This document shows positions 61,601 to 64,000 of a stretch of DNA of 64,000 nt, piece by piece. The notes below the pieces were generated by a model. It did no database searches. It was not told the origin of the DNA and saw only the letters and a list, made by a program, of their open reading frames with translations. This stretch comes from an uncultured virus (IMG/VR IMGVR_UViG_3300025804_000224). Taxonomy: Duplodnaviria > Heunggongvirae > Uroviricota > Caudoviricetes. Positions within the stretch are counted from its first letter, which is position 1; each line of letters starts with the position of its first letter. Position numbers and translations under genes: made by a program. The stretch is from the IMG/VR virus record IMGVR_UViG_3300025804_000224; one strand, 5' to 3'.

Positions 61601-62704
61601 TATAGATCTAAACGTGACATTGTTAATGGATGGACTACATGGAAAACTGTAGCTTGGACTTCTGATATACCTGGAGTTGCTACTACTGGAGCTAATGGAC
61701 TAATGTCAGCTGCTGATAAGAGTAAGCTCAATGGCATAGCAGCTGGAGCTCAGGTAAATACCATTACAGGTATTAAAGGTAGTGCTGAGTCATCTTACCG
61801 TACAGGTCAAGTTAATATTACTCCAGCTAACTTAGGTATTACTGTAGTTAATAATACAGCTGACTCAGCTAAGCATGTAGCATATGCAGCTACTGCAGGT
61901 TCAGCTACTGATAATACTAAGTTACCTCTATCTGGAGGTACCATGACAGGAAGTATTATTTTTAGTAACTCTGGAACCTCATTAAGAGGTATCCAAGGAA
62001 CTATGGGAGATAATGACCAATGGCGAGTTATGGGTGGTGCAACTGAAAGTAATTCAGGTTATCTTGAAATAGCTACTAGTGACGATGGTGATGAACCTAT
62101 CTATGTAAGACAATATAATACTGGAACATTTGGAAATCTAGTTCGCACAGCTACTTTGTTAGATGGTAATGGTAATACATCATTCCCAGGTAGCATATCT
62201 GAGGGAGGTACTCTCTTATCTAATAAATATCAACCTAAAGGTAGCTATGCACCTGCATCCCATACCCACAATTTCCTTAAAGGTAGTCAGTCATCCTCAG
62301 TTAAGGCAGCTACCTGTCTAGCTAATGATTCAAATATATCATTAACTGTAGGTTTATGGGCTACAACTGATGCAGGTTTCTCTACTCAGTGGGGATCAGT
62401 ACTTGATCTTAATCCTCAAGGTGGATGGAGGGAGAGATTAGCATTCAATACTAATGGTACTATAGAGTACTGGCATGGTATTAATACTACTACTATGAGT
62501 AAAGTAGGTAACTTAGTTACTTCAAGTAATATAGGTAGTTACATACCTAATTTACCTGCATCTAAGATTACCTCAGGTACCTTTAGTGCTGATAGGATAC
62601 CGTCGATTCCTAAATCTAAGATAACTGACTTCCCATCTACTGAGGAATGGACTTTCACTTTAAGTGATGGTAGTACAGTTACTAAGAAAGTATATATAGG
62701 TTAA
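58646..62704 (+). CDS. Long tail fibre protein
   Basis: 1352 aa; repeated NPHGVTKAQVGLG.V.N, YLPLSGGTMTG, pyocin-knob-like modules and LEIAT.DDG.E duplication. Confidence 0.9.
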   Translation: MANINDLKNSMLTNASKANYSTISPSDVFSTMKQAFDLYSTTEEIAAKYYNKSELDVRVATADKLGFIKIGYTQSGANYPIQLDKDNKAYVTLALGETDVTAYKGSSGKALANNLSSHVANKSNPHGVTKAQVGLGDVANTGDSSTPVSGGTTKFTTGGAYSMKTDLQNSINTKAAKTNTVNGHQIGSNVSIPTIDNSTKLTNQDLNTLHGNGGFYYAPGGNTCTNMPSGVISFGLVVSRGAGGWWSQTLTGNDGKIYYRQWDATKWTPWVRVYTTGDKPSKSDVGLSNVVNTGDSATPVSGGTTKFTTGGAYSMKSELQASINTKANNSTTVNGHPLTSNVTVTKADVGLGNLTNDSQVKRSEMGAKSGVATLDANGLIPSSQLPSYVDDVLEYASLSKFPTKGETGKIYVATDTNLTYRWSGTSYVEISKSLALGTTSSTAYAGNLGAQLRTDLNSHTSSKSNPHGVTKAQVGLGNVANLDQSKAIKSLSQSGITYTATYVDGTTGTAFTTDGSTIINSLSTGTAVPGDSDYFISQYVGGGTTTTSYHRRPISTLYSYIKSKLSKSDLISILGFTPISSGDGKFSNYLPLSGGTMTGRLTMKSNPIWIQGGSDAGGDVNRMTLTSGMPTEIKYNGGKRGTVIYSNAIAFGDPLNGNSNNDAGWIRHLETTANSGILEIATGDDGNEGIVFRRYNNSNNVSTEVVVPNASGTLALTSQIPTVPSSLKNPNALTISLNGTSQGAYDGSSAKSINITPGSIGAAAASHSHSYLPLNGGTMTGDINFAATGTTGTSKKIVFSGSTDGAQIYYNVPTSDQGNLVLNMVDDTNAYIQFAYNGKVGSYISPSDGMYHGKATSASVADSVAWSNVSGRPSSMPSSDVSAWAKASTKPSYSWSEITSKPGTFTPSAHTHNSLTNLGAYTASAPTSNTKYLGNGLSWATLYSGGGPCAYGNILELYGTGAGQLCMEWSGGQNAAGDSNVGRLYYRSKRDIVNGWTTWKTVAWTSDIPGVATTGANGLMSAADKSKLNGIAAGAQVNTITGIKGSAESSYRTGQVNITPANLGITVVNNTADSAKHVAYAATAGSATDNTKLPLSGGTMTGSIIFSNSGTSLRGIQGTMGDNDQWRVMGGATESNSGYLEIATSDDGDEPIYVRQYNTGTFGNLVRTATLLDGNGNTSFPGSISEGGTLLSNKYQPKGSYAPASHTHNFLKGSQSSSVKAATCLANDSNISLTVGLWATTDAGFSTQWGSVLDLNPQGGWRERLAFNTNGTIEYWHGINTTTMSKVGNLVTSSNIGSYIPNLPASKITSGTFSADRIPSIPKSKITDFPSTEEWTFTLSDGSTVTKKVYIG

Positions 62705-62711
62705 ACTAATG

Positions 62712-62745
62712 AGAGTCAGAGATATGAATAATATTCTCTGACTCT
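62712..62745 (+). terminator. Stem-loop after the long tail fibre gene
   Basis: AGAGTCAGAGA/TCTCTGACTCT 11-bp stem. Confidence 0.55.
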
Positions 62746-62792
62746 TAATCTAAAGTGATAATTAACATTAATAACAAGTAAGTTAAGATATT

Positions 62793-63226
62793 ATGTCAGT
62801 TGATTTCTCAAAGGTCACCTCAGTGAAAGTTGGGGGGTCGACATTAATAAGATTGTAGATAACTCTAATAAGGTACTATGGATACATGGGAAGTTAATTA
62901 AGTTATATATTATTGACTATACGTCTGATTTAGATTACTCTGGACCTGAACGTAAAATAAGGATTAAAGTAGATAATACAACATATATAGCTAGTGGATC
63001 TGGTATTTCATATAGTGGAAGTCCCCAAATTACAGCTGAAAATGTATTAATGTATCCAGGAGTTCATACAGTAGAAATTATATCAACATGGGATAGTAGT
63101 TATGGAGGTGAAAATTCAGGTAATACTACCTATGTTAAATTTGATCCTAGCCACAAGACCAAATTTACTTATACTGAATCTACTAATGATTACTTCTTTG
63201 TGAATATATATCGAGTAAATAACTAA
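62793..63226 (+). CDS. Putative receptor-binding paralog C; G6 tract, out of frame; missing from the ORF track
   Basis: MSVDFSKVTSVKVGG, stop at 62856-58. One extra G at 62832-37 gives 144 aa (VDINKIVDNSNKVLW...YRVNN*). Confidence 0.8.
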
Positions 63227-63269
63227 TCTTATTAATACATAATCTTAACTTAGTTAATATAACTAAGTT

Positions 63270-63764
63270 ATGGATATATCAACTAGTAAAATAACCTCAA
63301 TTAAAATAAATGGATCTGAGATAAATAAGATAGTAGACAGTAAGGGTAATGTATTATATTATAATCCTCCATTCAATCCAGGAGATTATGACTGTGCGAT
63401 TAGAATAACCGATCCAAGTTATAATAGTATACATTTAAGTATATTGATTAGTCTGTCTAAGAATGGAAAATCTACAATTGCATCTAACTGGACAGCAGTA
63501 ATAACACCTGATGGATCCCTTACAAGTTCATATGAACCTTTAGGTATGCCAATAGATGACTTTATTGAAATTGGATATTTTTCAGCTAACTATATAGGAG
63601 TAAATCAAAATTGGCACAAAAGGTCTAATGATCAGGGATCAATAAGATTTGATGGTTTTAGTTACTCTACTTGCGAGGTGTATTATGATGATAGGAGATA
63701 CAATTTATCTAAATCTAAAGAATATATGTTCGATCAGTCAGTATCTAAAGCTATCTATAAATAA
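63270..63764 (+). CDS. Putative receptor-binding paralog D; no G tract, intact
   Basis: MDISTSKITSIKINGSEINKIVDSKGNVLY aligns with the G7-corrected N-termini. Confidence 0.8.
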   Translation: MDISTSKITSIKINGSEINKIVDSKGNVLYYNPPFNPGDYDCAIRITDPSYNSIHLSILISLSKNGKSTIASNWTAVITPDGSLTSSYEPLGMPIDDFIEIGYFSANYIGVNQNWHKRSNDQGSIRFDGFSYSTCEVYYDDRRYNLSKSKEYMFDQSVSKAIYK

Positions 63765-63797
63765 GTACATAAATATAACATTAAACTAAGTAAATAT

Positions 63798-64000
63798 ATG
63801 GATTTTAGTAAAGTCACTTCGATAAAAGTTGGGGGGGTCAACATAACTAAGATTACTGATAAGTCAGGTAAAGTACTATGGCAACCTGGAACAATTGTAT
63901 ACTATACGTATTATAATCCAGATCCAAAATATGTAACTTATCTTCATGATATAAATGTAACTCCATGGAATATACTTAAAGTATATGGAACTTGTGATCA
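63798..64000 (+). CDS. Putative receptor-binding paralog E; G7 tract, in frame; runs off the window
   Basis: MDFSKVTSIKVGGVNITKITDKSGKVLWQPG..., open to the window end; G7 at 63831-37. Confidence 0.85.
   Translation, partial: MDFSKVTSIKVGGVNITKITDKSGKVLWQPGTIVYYTYYNPDPKYVTYLHDINVTPWNILKVYGTCD

Noticed and set aside
1..64000. Alternative genetic code (TAG/TGA recoding)
   Set aside because: Genes tile densely under code 11, and TAG/TGA end genes right at the next start.
34409..64000. Diversity-generating retroelement or invertase shufflon as the cassette mechanism
   Set aside because: No reverse transcriptase, no TR/VR pair with A-specific mismatches and no recombinase in the window; all cassettes are in direct orientation.
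1..64000. tRNA/rRNA genes, introns, inteins or transposases
   Set aside because: None recognised; terminase, portal and capsid ORFs are uninterrupted and of ordinary size.

Overview
A 64-kb, AT-rich stretch of a large myovirus-type (T4-superfamily-like) phage, with all genes on the + strand and the standard genetic code. The host may be Bacteroidetes, but that is a weak inference from A-rich leaders lacking Shine-Dalgarno sites. The window holds most of the virion morphogenesis region: portal, scaffold, major capsid, prohead protease, sheath, large terminase, tube, tail chaperone, tape measure with lysozyme domain, baseplate and tail fibres, plus lysis genes. Product calls come from motifs and gene order only. 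Main observations: (1) A family of small putative receptor-binding genes shares an N-terminus and has unrelated C-termini. Four carry a poly-G tract at the same position: G6 and out of frame in three, G7 and in frame in one. A fifth paralog has no tract. This looks like a phase-variable receptor-switching system, although homopolymer sequencing error must be excluded. (2) An Asn-Ser(-Arg) motif is pervasive in the scaffold, capsid N-terminus and about 20 head-region proteins, suggesting an Asn-directed prohead protease and a large packaged-protein cargo. (3) Two homologous non-coding elements 30 kb apart are built from ~150-nt hairpin units with compensatory changes and an inverted core, followed by AT-rich tandem repeats. 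(4) A candidate +1 frameshift (TTT CGC) lies in the tail chaperone gene.
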